Assembly: GCA_963766075.1 (NCBI GenBank) | Contig: CAVYAN010000079.1 | Location: 1 to 64,000, forward strand | Length of the DNA stretch: 64,000 bases | Direction of reading: 5' to 3' | DNA from: an uncultured cyanobacterium | Lineage (GTDB): Bacteria > Cyanobacteriota > Cyanobacteriia > Leptolyngbyales > Leptolyngbyaceae | Part shown: in pieces, positions 43,072-53,502 of the stretch | How positions within the stretch are numbered: position 1 is the stretch's first letter | Layout: each line of letters opens with the position of its first letter | Made by a program: the position numbers and the translations under genes | The notes under the pieces: generated by a model | What the model was told of the DNA's origin: nothing | Seen by the model: only the letters and a program-made list of their open reading frames with translations | Database searches by the model: none

Positions 43072-43129
43072 GGGGGCGGGTTACTGTAGAGGCGGTTACC
43101 GTAGACTGGGTGCTCTCAGGTGGGCACCC

Positions 43130-43165
43130 AAAAAAATTGCTCCGCGACCCAGATTTCGCGGAGCA
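43130..43165 (-). terminator. Rho-independent terminator
   Basis: TGCTCCGCGA/TCGCGGAGCA stem, 8-nt loop, followed by ATTTTTTT on the minus strand. Confidence 0.8.
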
Positions 43166-43190
43166 GTGAAGTACAGTTAAACGCTCACTT
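43130..43190 (-). ncRNA. Candidate ~60-nt small RNA with its own -10-like box and intrinsic terminator
   Basis: Minus strand: TAATAAT (43194-43200), then GTGAGCGTTTAACTGTACTTCAC, a perfect 10-bp stem (43138-43165) and a T7 tract. Confidence 0.4.
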
Positions 43191-43451
43191 ACGATTATTA
43201 GCGAAAACCTAAAGTTCTGCATCTGCCATGTGACAGTTTTCTAAAAGCCGCTAGCCGGTCTAAAATCTTAAGTTTTTGCCAGAACGTCAAAAACTTGAAG
43301 CTTTGCGAATTCATAAAATACCCACACCCGAGCTGCAACTGCACTCAGTCCTTATCCGTTGGTCGTTGGAGTGAGCGCAGCCGACATCTACCTTTGAGAG
43401 TCAGGAGGCTTTTTGAAGGGAGACTTTTTGAAAGGATTCTCCTGTTCAAGC

Positions 43452-43558
43452 TTGCTCCCTGAGCGCAGTCGAAGGGAGCGATCTCTCGCTGGATGCGCGT
43501 AGCCGTAGTCCGCTTTCCGCAGGGTAATCAGCAGGTCTATTATTTGTTGGAAATTGCC
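43452..43558. repeat. Copy of the miniature element family (lacks the 405-bp MITE) abutting the glmM stop codon
   Basis: CAGCAGGTCTATTATTTGTTGGAAATTGCC followed by TTA (glmM stop). Confidence 0.8.
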
Positions 43559-45139
43559 TTAGGCCGTCGCAACGGCTAAATGCCGCTGGACAACCGTGAC
43601 TAATTCTTCTGTCCAGTGATTGACCATCTCGTCCGTGGCTGCCTCAACCATGACGCGAATCACCGGTTCGGTACCCGACGCCCGTACCAGGATTCGTCCT
43701 TGATCACCCATCCCTGCTTCAGCATTCGCGATCGCCTGCTGGACAGGCTCACAATCTTTCCAGTTCAGGCGGCGATCGCGATCGTCCACCCGGACGTTTT
43801 TGAGCAGTTGGGGATAGGTCTGAAAACTGTCATCCACCAGATCGGATAGGGAGCCTTCCGCCTGCTGGACCAAAGCCGCCAGGTGCAGTGCCGTCATTAG
43901 GCCGTCCCCACTCACGCCGTAATGGGGACAAAGAATATGTCCCGACTGCTCACCCCCCAGCATAGAACCATGGCGCAGCATCTCTGCATGGACATACTGG
44001 TCGCCTACCGCTGCCCGGATTAAGGTGCCGCCTTGGCCCGTCCAAGCGCGCTCAAAACCCAAGTTGGACATAACGGTGGCCACAATGGTATTGCCGGGAA
44101 GCTTGGCTTGGTGCCGCAGGGTTTGCCCCCACAAATAGAGAATGTAGTCGCCATCAACGGTACGCCCCTGACCATCGACCGCCAAGACCCGATCAGCATC
44201 ACCATCAAAGGCAAATCCAATGTGGGCGTTGTGAGCCTGCACAGCGGCCTGTAATGCCCCTAGGTGGGTAGACCCGCAATTGACATTAATGCGATCGCCA
44301 TCCGGTTGGTCATGCAGACAGATCACCTCTTTGGCCCCCATCTGCTGGAATACGCGGGGAGCCACATGGGCTGCCGCCCCCCAAGCCAAATCCAAGACAA
44401 TACGCAATCCCTTGAGCGGCAGGCCATTTCCTTGTAAGGGCTCTTGAACCGCCATCAAATAATCATTCACCAACTCCGGACGATGGTGATGGCGGCCACA
44501 GCGGCCTACCTGGATCTGCGGCAATTCAACTCTATTGCCCCGCAATGCCGCCTCTATCTGGGCCTGAAACTCTAGGGCTAATTTGCTGCCATCATGCCCA
44601 AAAAACTTAATCCCATTGTCTTCTGGCGGATTGTGACTGGCAGAGATCATCACACCGCCGATCGCGCCAGACTTATGGGTTAAATTAGCCACGCCGGGAG
44701 TGGGACATAGCCCCAAATCCCAAACTTCCAATCCCGCCGCCGTCAACCCAGCGGACAGCGCCATCGCTAGCATGCTGCTAGAATTGCGAGAATCCTGACC
44801 AATAATCACAGGGCCAATGGCAGAACCGCTGGTCTGCAAGACTTGACCCGCCCAAAAGCCAATTTGCAGCGCCAGAGGTGCGGTTAATAAATCACCTGCC
44901 CGCCCGCGAATCCCGTCCGTACCAAATAATCGACTGGCAGGCAAGTCTAATCCTCCCCACCCAGAAGCCAAGCGCGCCTGAGTCAATGCAATCTGCGGTG
45001 ATACCTGAGATGATTCCGCCGTTAGTATCCCTGCCGAGTCTCCTTTCAGGACCGATGCTGCGGGCACTTCTACCGCAGCAATCGCTGCTCCAGCAGCCGA
45101 ATTATGAAGTTCATGCATCCGAACTGGCGACGAAACCAT
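43559..45139 (-). CDS. glmM: Phosphoglucosamine mutase
   Basis: [41 protein letters not shown]-terminal extension, start uncertain. Confidence 0.95.
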   Translation of the reverse strand: MVSSPVRMHELHNSAAGAAIAAVEVPAASVLKGDSAGILTAESSQVSPQIALTQARLASGWGGLDLPASRLFGTDGIRGRAGDLLTAPLALQIGFWAGQVLQTSGSAIGPVIIGQDSRNSSSMLAMALSAGLTAAGLEVWDLGLCPTPGVANLTHKSGAIGGVMISASHNPPEDNGIKFFGHDGSKLALEFQAQIEAALRGNRVELPQIQVGRCGRHHHRPELVNDYLMAVQEPLQGNGLPLKGLRIVLDLAWGAAAHVAPRVFQQMGAKEVICLHDQPDGDRINVNCGSTHLGALQAAVQAHNAHIGFAFDGDADRVLAVDGQGRTVDGDYILYLWGQTLRHQAKLPGNTIVATVMSNLGFERAWTGQGGTLIRAAVGDQYVHAEMLRHGSMLGGEQSGHILCPHYGVSGDGLMTALHLAALVQQAEGSLSDLVDDSFQTYPQLLKNVRVDDRDRRLNWKDCEPVQQAIANAEAGMGDQGRILVRASGTEPVIRVMVEAATDEMVNHWTEELVTVVQRHLAVATA

Positions 45140-45227
45140 AGAGGCCCCCTTACACAACACACAACGCGAACAATAACATTTTCTTCATCATTCGTTGCGT
45201 TAACTGTCTAAGTTATTCCCCAAATCT

Positions 45228-45520
45228 TCATACACCAACTTCTAATAACAAAATTTGTACAGTTTCCCAGGTCAACGCTTGATCCAAGTATTGCGGATGC
45301 TGGGGATTATACGGAGCCTGGAGGCGGCGATCGCAACAATTTCTGCCCCCTCCGGCAGCACAGCCACATCTGGATCAAATGCCGTCGGTTTCATTAGCGA
45401 ACTGGAAAACCCCTTAAACACCAAAATCTCATCCATGACGCCATTCACTCGCGCCGTCACCACCAACACTTCCTGCCGGCGCTTTGTCGTATATTGCTCT
45501 AACCGCTCTAAAGGAGACAT
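45228..45520 (-). CDS. Conserved cyanobacterial/plant hypothetical protein (-1 frameshift ~45326)
   Basis: RLEQYT..EVL..VFKGFSSSLM.PT.FDPD; continues RLQAPYNPQHPQYL..W in another frame. Confidence 0.75.
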
Positions 45521-45615
45521 TCCAGAACATCCAAAAATCGACATTTGCACGGCGACATCTGAACATCAACCCAGTGGCCTCAATCCAGTGGCCTCAATCT
45601 AGACAGTGCCGCACG

Positions 45616-46218
45616 CTACTGCTCCAACGCTGATCGCCCCTGCTTGCCCAACCGTACAAACACAAAATAAGCCAGATAGAGCGCGTATACAACCAGTCCA
45701 ACAATTCCCAAGAAGGCCAGGAAAAAGGGCTTGGTCGTCGAATGAAAAATTTCGCGAAAGGCCCAAGGCACCTCTAACCAGGGACGGCAAAAGCCGTCTC
45801 CTCGGACCGCTTCCGAACTCATCAGTGCACAGCGCAACATGGGAATCTGGACCAACACTCCCAAGGCACAATACAGCGATAGAGCCCAGCGCCAAGCCAT
45901 AAAGCCCAACTTTAATTGGCTATCTGGCTGCTCCGCAATTTCTTCATTCAAATCGACCCAAAACCACAGCGACACCGGAATCAAAATCCGTGCCAACCAG
46001 CCCGTCACAAAACCAATGGGCAAAGCCCCCATGAGCAGGTAAACCGTAATTGCCAGCAAACTTGCAACCCGCCAGTAAATCAGCAGCAACTTCTGAATGC
46101 CTTCCGTCTTTTGCACCAGCGCCCAAATCATCAGCGCCAAAGGCACGAATACCGTAAACAGGAGCGCCAATCGGTACTCGGTCCAAACGTAGGTAGAAAA
46201 CCAGGAAGGGGTAGGCAT
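45616..46218 (-). CDS. DUF3177 membrane protein
   Basis: VWTEYRLA, IYWRVASLLAITVYL, WFWVDLNEEI, KQGRSA. Confidence 0.88.
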   Translation of the reverse strand: MPTPSWFSTYVWTEYRLALLFTVFVPLALMIWALVQKTEGIQKLLLIYWRVASLLAITVYLLMGALPIGFVTGWLARILIPVSLWFWVDLNEEIAEQPDSQLKLGFMAWRWALSLYCALGVLVQIPMLRCALMSSEAVRGDGFCRPWLEVPWAFREIFHSTTKPFFLAFLGIVGLVVYALYLAYFVFVRLGKQGRSALEQ

Positions 46219-46270
46219 GGGAAAGGAGAAAATGGGGTTTACTGGGGATTAGCTAAGGTGAAGGGGCACT

Positions 46271-46355
46271 AAAAATTGGCGCACTGTAAAAATTGGCGCA
46301 CTGTAAAAATTGGCACGCAGTGGAAATTGGCGCGGTAGAAATTGGTGCACAGTGG
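46271..46355. repeat. ~17-bp tandem repeat AAAAATTGGCGCACTGT, 5 units decaying
   Basis: Two exact and three degenerate units upstream of the DUF3177 gene. Confidence 0.8.
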
Positions 46356-46383
46356 ACAATAACCCAAAGAAAAACAGGTCGCC

Positions 46384-46430
46384 AAAAAAACAAGTAGCCG
46401 AGTGCCATTTAAGCACCCTTGCTACTTGTT
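46384..46430 (-). terminator. Probable cp12 terminator
   Basis: AACAAGTAGC/GCTACTTGTT stem with a T tract on the minus strand. Confidence 0.6.
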
Positions 46431-46493
46431 CAGTGCAAAACTTTTGTTGAAAAGGGCAGAGGATTGTCTTTCACCTGCCGATGAACCGATGCA

Positions 46494-46715
46494 CTAATCG
46501 TCGTAAAGACGGCACTCGTCTGCTTCTGGGTTGTCATCGCAATATTTTTCCAGGGATGTCTTTTTGACCGCTTGCTTTTGATGAGATGCTTCAGCTTGAA
46601 GCTCTTCAACAGCATCCCAAGCTGCAGCACATGCAGCCGAATCGGCACCATTGACATCGCAAGCGGCACGGGCTTGCTCGAGCTCTTCTGCAATCTTTTC
46701 TTGAATATCACTCAT
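46494..46715 (-). CDS. cp12: Calvin cycle protein CP12
   Basis: AWDAVEEL, both Cys pairs, YCDDNPEADECRLYDD. Confidence 0.96.
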   Translation of the reverse strand: MSDIQEKIAEELEQARAACDVNGADSAACAAAWDAVEELQAEASHQKQAVKKTSLEKYCDDNPEADECRLYDD

Positions 46716-47125
46716 GAATTTTAATTCCTGTCACGCTCGTCAAAACGGAAGTGTCCACCTCTAATATTAGCTTCCTAGACGATGTTCCGCTAGGGGAACC
46801 CTGCGAGACCCCACAAGGATACGCCTTTTCCTGGAAGTCGTGGGAGTTTCCAGCTACTCTGATAGGGAGAACGGTGCACACAATCAGTCAGTGCACACAA
46901 TCAGTCAGTCGCATGGCTTGCGTGGGCTACGGCTGGTTTAGGAGGTGCAGAGGTAAAAAATACCGATGGCAGCGGGACTGCGTTGATCCTGGGTGAGGTA
47001 TTTCCGCTAGCCTGCATGGGTAACTGAGCCGCCGATCCAATTTCCTGGCCTGGGAGTTTGCCCACAAACACTTGCCCAGAGACAACTGTCTGCCTACAAT
47101 CAACTGTCTGCATAAAGGGGATTCT

Positions 47126-48397
47126 ATGACTGCTGCATCCAATCATCACGCTATGCAATGGGTCAGTGCTTTATCCACCCGTCCATCTTTGGAGGCAGCG
47201 GTGGCAGAGGTGGTTCAGCGGGCCCAAGTCGCGCTGAACTATGCCCCAGTGGATTTAGGGTTAATCTTTATTTCAGCCGCTTTCGCCAGTGAATATTCAC
47301 GCTTAATGCCTTTACTAGAAGAAAAGCTGCCGGGTGTACCGTTGATTGGCTGTAGCGGGGGCGGAGTGGTTGGGATGGACCCCCATGGTCAGGCTAGAGA
47401 AATGGAGGGGGAGGCAGCCCTGAGTCTCACCTTAGCCTCGCTGCCCGGAGTTACTGTGCGGACTTTTTATTTGGGGGCAGAAGATTTGCCGGATTTAGAT
47501 GCACCTCCCCAGGCTTGGGTCGATGTTGTGGGGGCGAATCCAGCGGATAACCCGCAGTTTATTTTGTTAGCCGATCCGTTTACGACCCGGCTGAATGATT
47601 TGCTCCAGGGGTTGGATTTTGCATATGCGGGGGCCGCCAAAGTGGGGGGACTGGCTAGCACAGGTGGAGTGGGCAGTCATCAAACCAGTTTGTTTTGCAA
47701 CTATTCCTTACATCGTGAGGGGACTGTGGGGGTGGCGCTGAGCGGGCCGATTGTTGTGGAAACGATTGTGGCTCAGGGGTGCCGTCCGATTGGAGAACCC
47801 TATCTAGTGAAAGAGTCGGAGCGAAATATTCTAGTGGAGTTGGATCCCCAGGTACTGGATGAAGCCGGGGAAGTCTGTACGATCGCCTCGTCCCAGACTC
47901 CCCTGAAATTGCTCCAAGAGTTGGTTCAACAGTTGGATGAGAGCGATCGCCAGTTGGCCCAAACGTCTTTGTTTGTGGGCATTGCCCAGAGTGAATTTAA
48001 GCTGAAGTTGGATGCGGGGGATTTTCTGATTCGGCAGTTGATTGGGGTCGATCCAAAAACGGGAGCGCTGGCGATTGGCGATCGCATTCGCCCTGGACAG
48101 CGCATTCAATTCCACCTGCGGGATGCCAAAGCGTCTGCTTTGGATCTGGAAACGCTGCTCAAACGCTACCGCAGTCAATCCCTGGATCGGCCCAGTCCGG
48201 TGGGGGCGCTCTTGTTTTCCTGCCTGGGGCGGGGGGAAAATCTGTACAACCAGCCTGACTTTGACTCTGCCCTATTCCGCGACTATATTGACGTACCCGT
48301 GAGCGGTTTTTTCTGTAACGGAGAAATTGGTCCCGTTGGAGGAAGCACCTTCTTACACGGATTTACTTCGGTGTTTGGGATTTTTCGACAGCCATAG
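47126..48397 (+). CDS. FIST N/C domain protein
   Basis: LSTRPSLEAA, GGLAS, QGCRPIG, FSCLGRG, GFFCNGEIGP. Confidence 0.92.
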   Translation: MTAASNHHAMQWVSALSTRPSLEAAVAEVVQRAQVALNYAPVDLGLIFISAAFASEYSRLMPLLEEKLPGVPLIGCSGGGVVGMDPHGQAREMEGEAALSLTLASLPGVTVRTFYLGAEDLPDLDAPPQAWVDVVGANPADNPQFILLADPFTTRLNDLLQGLDFAYAGAAKVGGLASTGGVGSHQTSLFCNYSLHREGTVGVALSGPIVVETIVAQGCRPIGEPYLVKESERNILVELDPQVLDEAGEVCTIASSQTPLKLLQELVQQLDESDRQLAQTSLFVGIAQSEFKLKLDAGDFLIRQLIGVDPKTGALAIGDRIRPGQRIQFHLRDAKASALDLETLLKRYRSQSLDRPSPVGALLFSCLGRGENLYNQPDFDSALFRDYIDVPVSGFFCNGEIGPVGGSTFLHGFTSVFGIFRQP

Positions 48398-49578
48398 CGT
48401 TTTCCTTGTCTCCTGAAGGCTCCCAGCTATGCGGCCTTAAAGGAAGTGAGACGACATTATCAATGGCCTGCGCTTGCCCTGCTTTGTCGATCGCCCCAAA
48501 GGCTTCAAAGTAGCGCTGGGCCGACTCCGGAAAATGGGAAAAGTCAAACACCGTATCGCCATTGGCCACGTCTGCCCAGAAGTAGCGGAGATCGGGCAGG
48601 AGCCTTTCGGCTTCGGTCAACGAAAAACTCAGCGGCGGTTGCGTCAACAGTTGCTGCATAAAGGGGAGCGATCGCTCCCCCGATCCAATTCCGCGAGGTC
48701 GCTTGCAAGTCTGCCCAGTTGGGCAGAGTCTTGACCCGGCCCGACTCGATGTGCAAACAGCCCTGACCGGAGTGATCCATTTGCAGATTCAACACCCGAT
48801 AGGGATGGGGATAACTCACCAATGATCCTGTAGTAATCTCGTAAAGCCCCTCACAGCCCGCCACATCCTGCACATGCAGATGGCCCGTGAACACCAGCTC
48901 CACCCCAAATGTTTGCAGAATCGACCGCAATTCTGGCGCATTGGCCAGCATGTAGCGTCGTCCTAGGGGATGCCGCGACTGATTCGGCAAATGTTCGACT
49001 ACGTTGTGATGGATCATGACCAAAATCAGATCCTGGGGATAGGTGCTTAATACCGTCTGTAGCCACTCCAACTGCGCGGCATCCACCCGACCAATTTGCT
49101 CCCCTTCGGCGGTAAATTGAGTGGAGTTCAGCCCAATCAGGCGAAGACCGGGAAGCAGTTCCTGGGTATAGTAAAGCTGATCCGTTTGGGCATAGCCACA
49201 GTGGCGATAGTAGTCCGGGAAGTCGGATATCCCAATCGAAGCAGTATCCCGCAGCAGTACGGGCACATCGTGATTACCGGGAACCACATAGACGGGATAG
49301 GGCAGCTTGGCAAGGCGCTGGGACAGCCAATGATGATTATCGGGTTCCCCATGCTGAGTCAAGTCTCCGGGCAACAGCAAAAAATCTAAAGCCAGATCCT
49401 GGAGCTGCTCCAGGATGATTTCTAAGGCGGGAATACTCACTTCGACCAAATGGAAACGACTGGGGTGATCCCAAACGGTTTGCGGCAATGCAATATGCAG
49501 ATCACTGATAATGGCAAAGCGGCAATTCAGCGGCAGGTGATTCGGAGAGGAAGCATTCAGGAAGCAATTCGGGCTCAT
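48363..49578 (-). CDS. Metallophosphoesterase (+1 frameshift in a G-run ~48677-48681)
   Basis: SDLH, GDLT, GNHD, HH, GHLH; the C-terminus continues in ORF 48363-48659. Confidence 0.88.
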
Positions 49579-49604
49579 GGATTTGGCGGTGTTTTAATCC
49601 TATT

Positions 49605-49658
49605 GTGATTCGTGATGAGTGATTCGTGATGAGTGATTCGTGATGAGTGATTCGTGAT
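49605..49658. repeat. 14-bp tandem repeat GTGATTCGTGATGA x~4
   Basis: Exact units in the divergent promoter region between the phosphoesterase gene and trmB. Confidence 0.9.
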
Positions 49659-49702
49659 AGGGTAGCCAACTCAGTCGGTGGCGAATTTCAGGAGGACGCG
49701 TT

Positions 49703-50335
49703 TTGTCGTTTGTGCGTGTGCGAGAACATGTCAATCCCTTATCCCGTAAATATCAGACTCCGGTGGTCCCTCCGGATTGGCGGGAGATTTATGAGAATCA
49801 GAGTCTGCCGCTGCATCTAGATGTGGGCTGTGGGCGGGGCCGATTTATTCTGCAAATGGCGCAGCAATACGCAGATTGGAACTTTTTGGGATTGGAAATT
49901 CGCGAGCCACTCGTGGACCAAGCCCAGGAGTGGCGAGATGAGTTAGGACTCAGCAACCTACATTACTTATTTTGCAACGCGAATAATTCGGTGCGGCTAT
50001 TGCTGGAGTCTTTACCGGCTGGGGCGTTGCATCGGGTGTCGATTCAGTTTCCTGATCCGTGGTTTAAGCGGAAGCAGCAGAAGCGGCGGGTGGTGCAACC
50101 CGGTTTGGTGGAGGATATTGCGGCGTTTTTGGTGCCGGGAGGGACCGTGTTTATTCAGTCGGATGTGCTGGAGGTGGCCGTGGAAATGCGCGATCGCTTC
50201 GAGGAGCACCCGGCTTTCCAACGCCAACACCCCGATTGGCTCCTGGAAAACCCGCTGCATGTCCCCACAGAGCGAGAGGCATCGACTCTGGAACGGGGAG
50301 AACCGGTGTATCGGGCCGTATTTAAGAAGGGGTAA
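49703..50335 (+). CDS. trmB: tRNA (guanine-N7)-methyltransferase
   Basis: RVREHVNPL, DVGCGRG, GLEIR, QFPDPWFK, PTERE. Confidence 0.96.
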   Translation: MSFVRVREHVNPLSRKYQTPVVPPDWREIYENQSLPLHLDVGCGRGRFILQMAQQYADWNFLGLEIREPLVDQAQEWRDELGLSNLHYLFCNANNSVRLLLESLPAGALHRVSIQFPDPWFKRKQQKRRVVQPGLVEDIAAFLVPGGTVFIQSDVLEVAVEMRDRFEEHPAFQRQHPDWLLENPLHVPTEREASTLERGEPVYRAVFKKG

Positions 50336-50388
50336 TGCGGCAATGAACGGCTTACATCTTCTCTCTGAGGGGTTCTACCTGAGGAGTT

Positions 50389-50820
50389 CTACCTGAGGGG
50401 AGTCACAGCGGGCAAGCTGGCCTCTAGCTTCAGGCAATTTAACCCATTCACATGCAGTTGGTATTCGACCTTATCCATGAGGCGATGCAGGATGAGCCAG
50501 CCATAGCCACCCTCTTGTTTCGCATCGGGTGCAGGCGGAAGGTAGGCATTAATATCGAAGCCGCCCCCCTGATCCCAAATTTCTAGGGCAATGTCCCGAT
50601 CTTTAAGTTCCAGTCGAATTAAAATGGGCAAATTGGGTTGCTCGCGGTGGGCGTGGCGGACCACATTAGAATAGGCTTCCACCAAAACTAGGCGGAGGCG
50701 GCTGGCTTGACAGGTCCAGTCCACTTGATCGCCAACTTCAAGTTCCAGGCTGCTCAGGAGCCAGGTTTCAACGATGTGGAGGAAGCGGATGTCGCTGGGG
50801 ACACGCAGTTCGGTTTTCAT
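50389..50820 (-). CDS. Anti-sigma regulatory factor (RsbW-like Ser/Thr kinase)
   Basis: EAYSNVVRHA, WDQGGGF, EGGYGW..LMDKV. Confidence 0.9.
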   Translation of the reverse strand: MKTELRVPSDIRFLHIVETWLLSSLELEVGDQVDWTCQASRLRLVLVEAYSNVVRHAHREQPNLPILIRLELKDRDIALEIWDQGGGFDINAYLPPAPDAKQEGGYGWLILHRLMDKVEYQLHVNGLNCLKLEASLPAVTPLR

Positions 50821-50823
50821 AGC

Positions 50824-52500
50824 CTAAAGGATCTCCAGAGCCAGAATAGTTTGATCATCTTCTTGAATCGGGTTTTGTGCGCGGATCTTGTCTAGGAGGT
50901 GGTGCAGATCCAGCGGCTTTTGTTCCTGAGTAAGGAGCTGCCAAAGCCCTTCTTGTTGGAGCATGGGATGGGTGGTAAGAGCGGAGGTTGAACTCTTGGT
51001 GGGCACTGTTTCATGGAGAAAAGTGGCTTCTGTAATGCCGTCGCTAGTGAGGAGAAAGACATTGCCGGACTCTAGATCAAGACTGCCCGCCGGGGCCTTC
51101 CAATGGGGCAAAATACCCAGGGGAACACCGCGATCAGTCAGGTATTTGGGCATAGGCGTGGGATCTGAAGGCTGGATAGCGGTCCAGACTAGGGGGTAGA
51201 TGTGTCCGGCGTTCGCGTAGACAAGCTGGCGGGTGCTTGGGCTGTAGCGCGCTAGGACCATGGTAATAAAGCAGTTAGTGCTCACCAGATCGCCCAAGAG
51301 GCTTTGGTTCAGGTTTTGCAGAACGATGTTGGGGGCCGGGGGAACTTCTTGAGAGAGTTCTCGGCGCAGAACGGAGATGGCGCTAGCCATGAACAAGGCG
51401 GCGGGCACGCCTTTGCCAGAAACATCACCGACAGCCAGCCAGAGATCGCCCTGGGGATGAACATAGACCTCAAAAAAGTCGCCCCCGACTTCACGGGCAG
51501 GATAGCAACAGGCTTGGACGCGGATGCCGTCAATTTGGGGCCAGCTTTGACGCAGTAGGTTGGTTTGAATTTGGCAGGCGACGGCCAATTCGGCCCGCAT
51601 TTGTTCGGCTTGGTTTTGGGTGCGCTGGTAGAGTTTGGCCTGGGACAGAGCGAGGGCGGTGGGTTCGGCGACGCCCTGGATGAGATCAATATCTTCTGGA
51701 GTCCAGGGGGGTTGGTGAGGCGATCGCCACAGGGCCAAAATTGCCAGAAATTCCTGCTGATAGGTGAGGGGAACGATTAAGGGCCTGGGTAGATTGGGAT
51801 CTAGAGGCTGGGCCACTTGAATGTGGCGAGACTGCAAGGTTTGGACAATGAGGGGATCGACTGATTCGGGATCAGCCTGGAGGATCACCGGGGGGATTTC
51901 CCCATTGTCGTAAGCGAATGTTTCGGGCAGGAGGCGATCGCCTTCCACGGGGTAGAGCACAGCTTGGCACGCTTCAAAGGTCTGCCCGAGGGTTTCGGCG
52001 ATGGTTCGCAACATGCTTTGGTAGTCTAGGGACTCCCGAATGGCCGTGGTCACCGTGTTGAACAGAGATTCGCGCCGCAGGGCGCGCCGCAGATCGTTAG
52101 TGCGCTGCTTTATCACCTGGTAGGTTTCAGCCGCTTGTTGAATAATGCCGGTCAGTTGGGCGGTAGTCCAGGGTTTGGTAATATACTTGAAAACCTTACC
52201 GGAATTGATCGCATCTACTAAATCTTCGACATCGGTGTAGCCCGTCAGGACAATGCGAATGGTGTCGGGGAATCGTTCGGCGATCTTGCTCAACAGTTCT
52301 GTGCCCAACATTTCTGGCATGCGTTGGTCAGAAATAATGATGGCCATTTCGCCCTGCTGCTCCAGCATTTCCCAGGCGGCGATCGCACTGCCAGCAGTAA
52401 TCACCTCAAAATCTCGTCGAAAAGTGCGATAGATCAAGTCGAGGTTGCCGGGTTCGTCATCGACAACCATGAGTTTGAGTTTTTGGGCAAGTTGATTCAT
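50824..52500 (-). CDS. SpoIIE/PP2C phosphatase with receiver and GAF domains (RsbU-like)
   Basis: VVDDE..SDQRMP..KPW; GGDFF, GDVSGKG, NAGH, SDGITEA, DDQT. Confidence 0.93.
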   Translation of the reverse strand: MNQLAQKLKLMVVDDEPGNLDLIYRTFRRDFEVITAGSAIAAWEMLEQQGEMAIIISDQRMPEMLGTELLSKIAERFPDTIRIVLTGYTDVEDLVDAINSGKVFKYITKPWTTAQLTGIIQQAAETYQVIKQRTNDLRRALRRESLFNTVTTAIRESLDYQSMLRTIAETLGQTFEACQAVLYPVEGDRLLPETFAYDNGEIPPVILQADPESVDPLIVQTLQSRHIQVAQPLDPNLPRPLIVPLTYQQEFLAILALWRSPHQPPWTPEDIDLIQGVAEPTALALSQAKLYQRTQNQAEQMRAELAVACQIQTNLLRQSWPQIDGIRVQACCYPAREVGGDFFEVYVHPQGDLWLAVGDVSGKGVPAALFMASAISVLRRELSQEVPPAPNIVLQNLNQSLLGDLVSTNCFITMVLARYSPSTRQLVYANAGHIYPLVWTAIQPSDPTPMPKYLTDRGVPLGILPHWKAPAGSLDLESGNVFLLTSDGITEATFLHETVPTKSSTSALTTHPMLQQEGLWQLLTQEQKPLDLHHLLDKIRAQNPIQEDDQTILALEIL

Positions 52501-52705
52501 GCACGGCTCCACGGACGGACAGATCGCGTAGCTTCAGTCGGATCATTTGATTCAGACGATAGCGTAGGGCAAAGGCATCACCTGATTACAGGGTGCCCGT
52601 AGCTATCGGGGAAGTAACGGGCATGAGGGATGGGTTTGGAGCGCCGCGATCGATGATACCCTACCCTTAGGAGTCCTACCTTTCCCCTAAAATCCCACTT
52701 TTCCC

Positions 52706-53407
52706 CTAAAATTCAATCTTCCGATAGTGATAGGACTCTGCCTTAGCACCCCAGACTTGCTTGCCTTGGGCGTCAAAGCCACGATCCCATGTTTCCATGC
52801 CGGTGGAATGCAGGAGGATGTGGTTGGTGATGCGGGTGGCACCCCGGACGTTAGCGGGGCAGCCATCCGCAGGCGTATTCCCCCAGTATATGTTTTGGCC
52901 AGTGGAATCCCGCGCCGGTTTCAGGAAAACACTGCACAAAGGAGTACTGAGAGCGCTGGGGGTGATCCGGCGATCGCTGGCGCTGCGATCACAGAAATTG
53001 ACCCACGCCTGGGGATGGATGGGCTTGTAGGAGAGCGATCGCACGGTTTGACTGTAGGGACTGGCAGTAATCTGCAAAAAGCGCTGGCGATAGGGCTGGT
53101 TTAATTCAGTGGAAAGAGCTTGTTCCTGATACAGCCAAACCTGATCCAACTGATCAGTGCGCTGGATGGCACACGTGCTCATCCGGACGGTAACGCGACT
53201 CCCAGGATGAGCAGAGGAGGGGGCAGAGGTTTCCATGGTGCCTGTGAGATAGGCGGCTACCTGCTGAACCTGCTGCGCGAGGGGAGCACTGGAAAAGCTA
53301 CTAGGCTCAGTGGCGAAGGGCTCAGCCGCCAGCCCTGGATGTAGCCTGGGTAAACAGGCCAGCCCAAAGGAAAGAACTATAGAGCGGAAGAATCTGAAGC
53401 TCTGCAT
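52706..53407 (-). CDS. CpcT/CpeT family chromophore lyase-like protein
   Basis: LYQEQA..PYRQR, TWDRGFDAQGKQVWG; signal-like N-terminus. Confidence 0.88.
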   Translation of the reverse strand: MQSFRFFRSIVLSFGLACLPRLHPGLAAEPFATEPSSFSSAPLAQQVQQVAAYLTGTMETSAPSSAHPGSRVTVRMSTCAIQRTDQLDQVWLYQEQALSTELNQPYRQRFLQITASPYSQTVRSLSYKPIHPQAWVNFCDRSASDRRITPSALSTPLCSVFLKPARDSTGQNIYWGNTPADGCPANVRGATRITNHILLHSTGMETWDRGFDAQGKQVWGAKAESYHYRKIEF

Positions 53408-53502
53408 GAGGGTAAAAAAATTATGTGAGGTTCACAAGAACGACATACCCATTAACTAAACTATGCGATGCATCGATTAAAGTCTATGGGAGTTTGTAGA
53501 TT

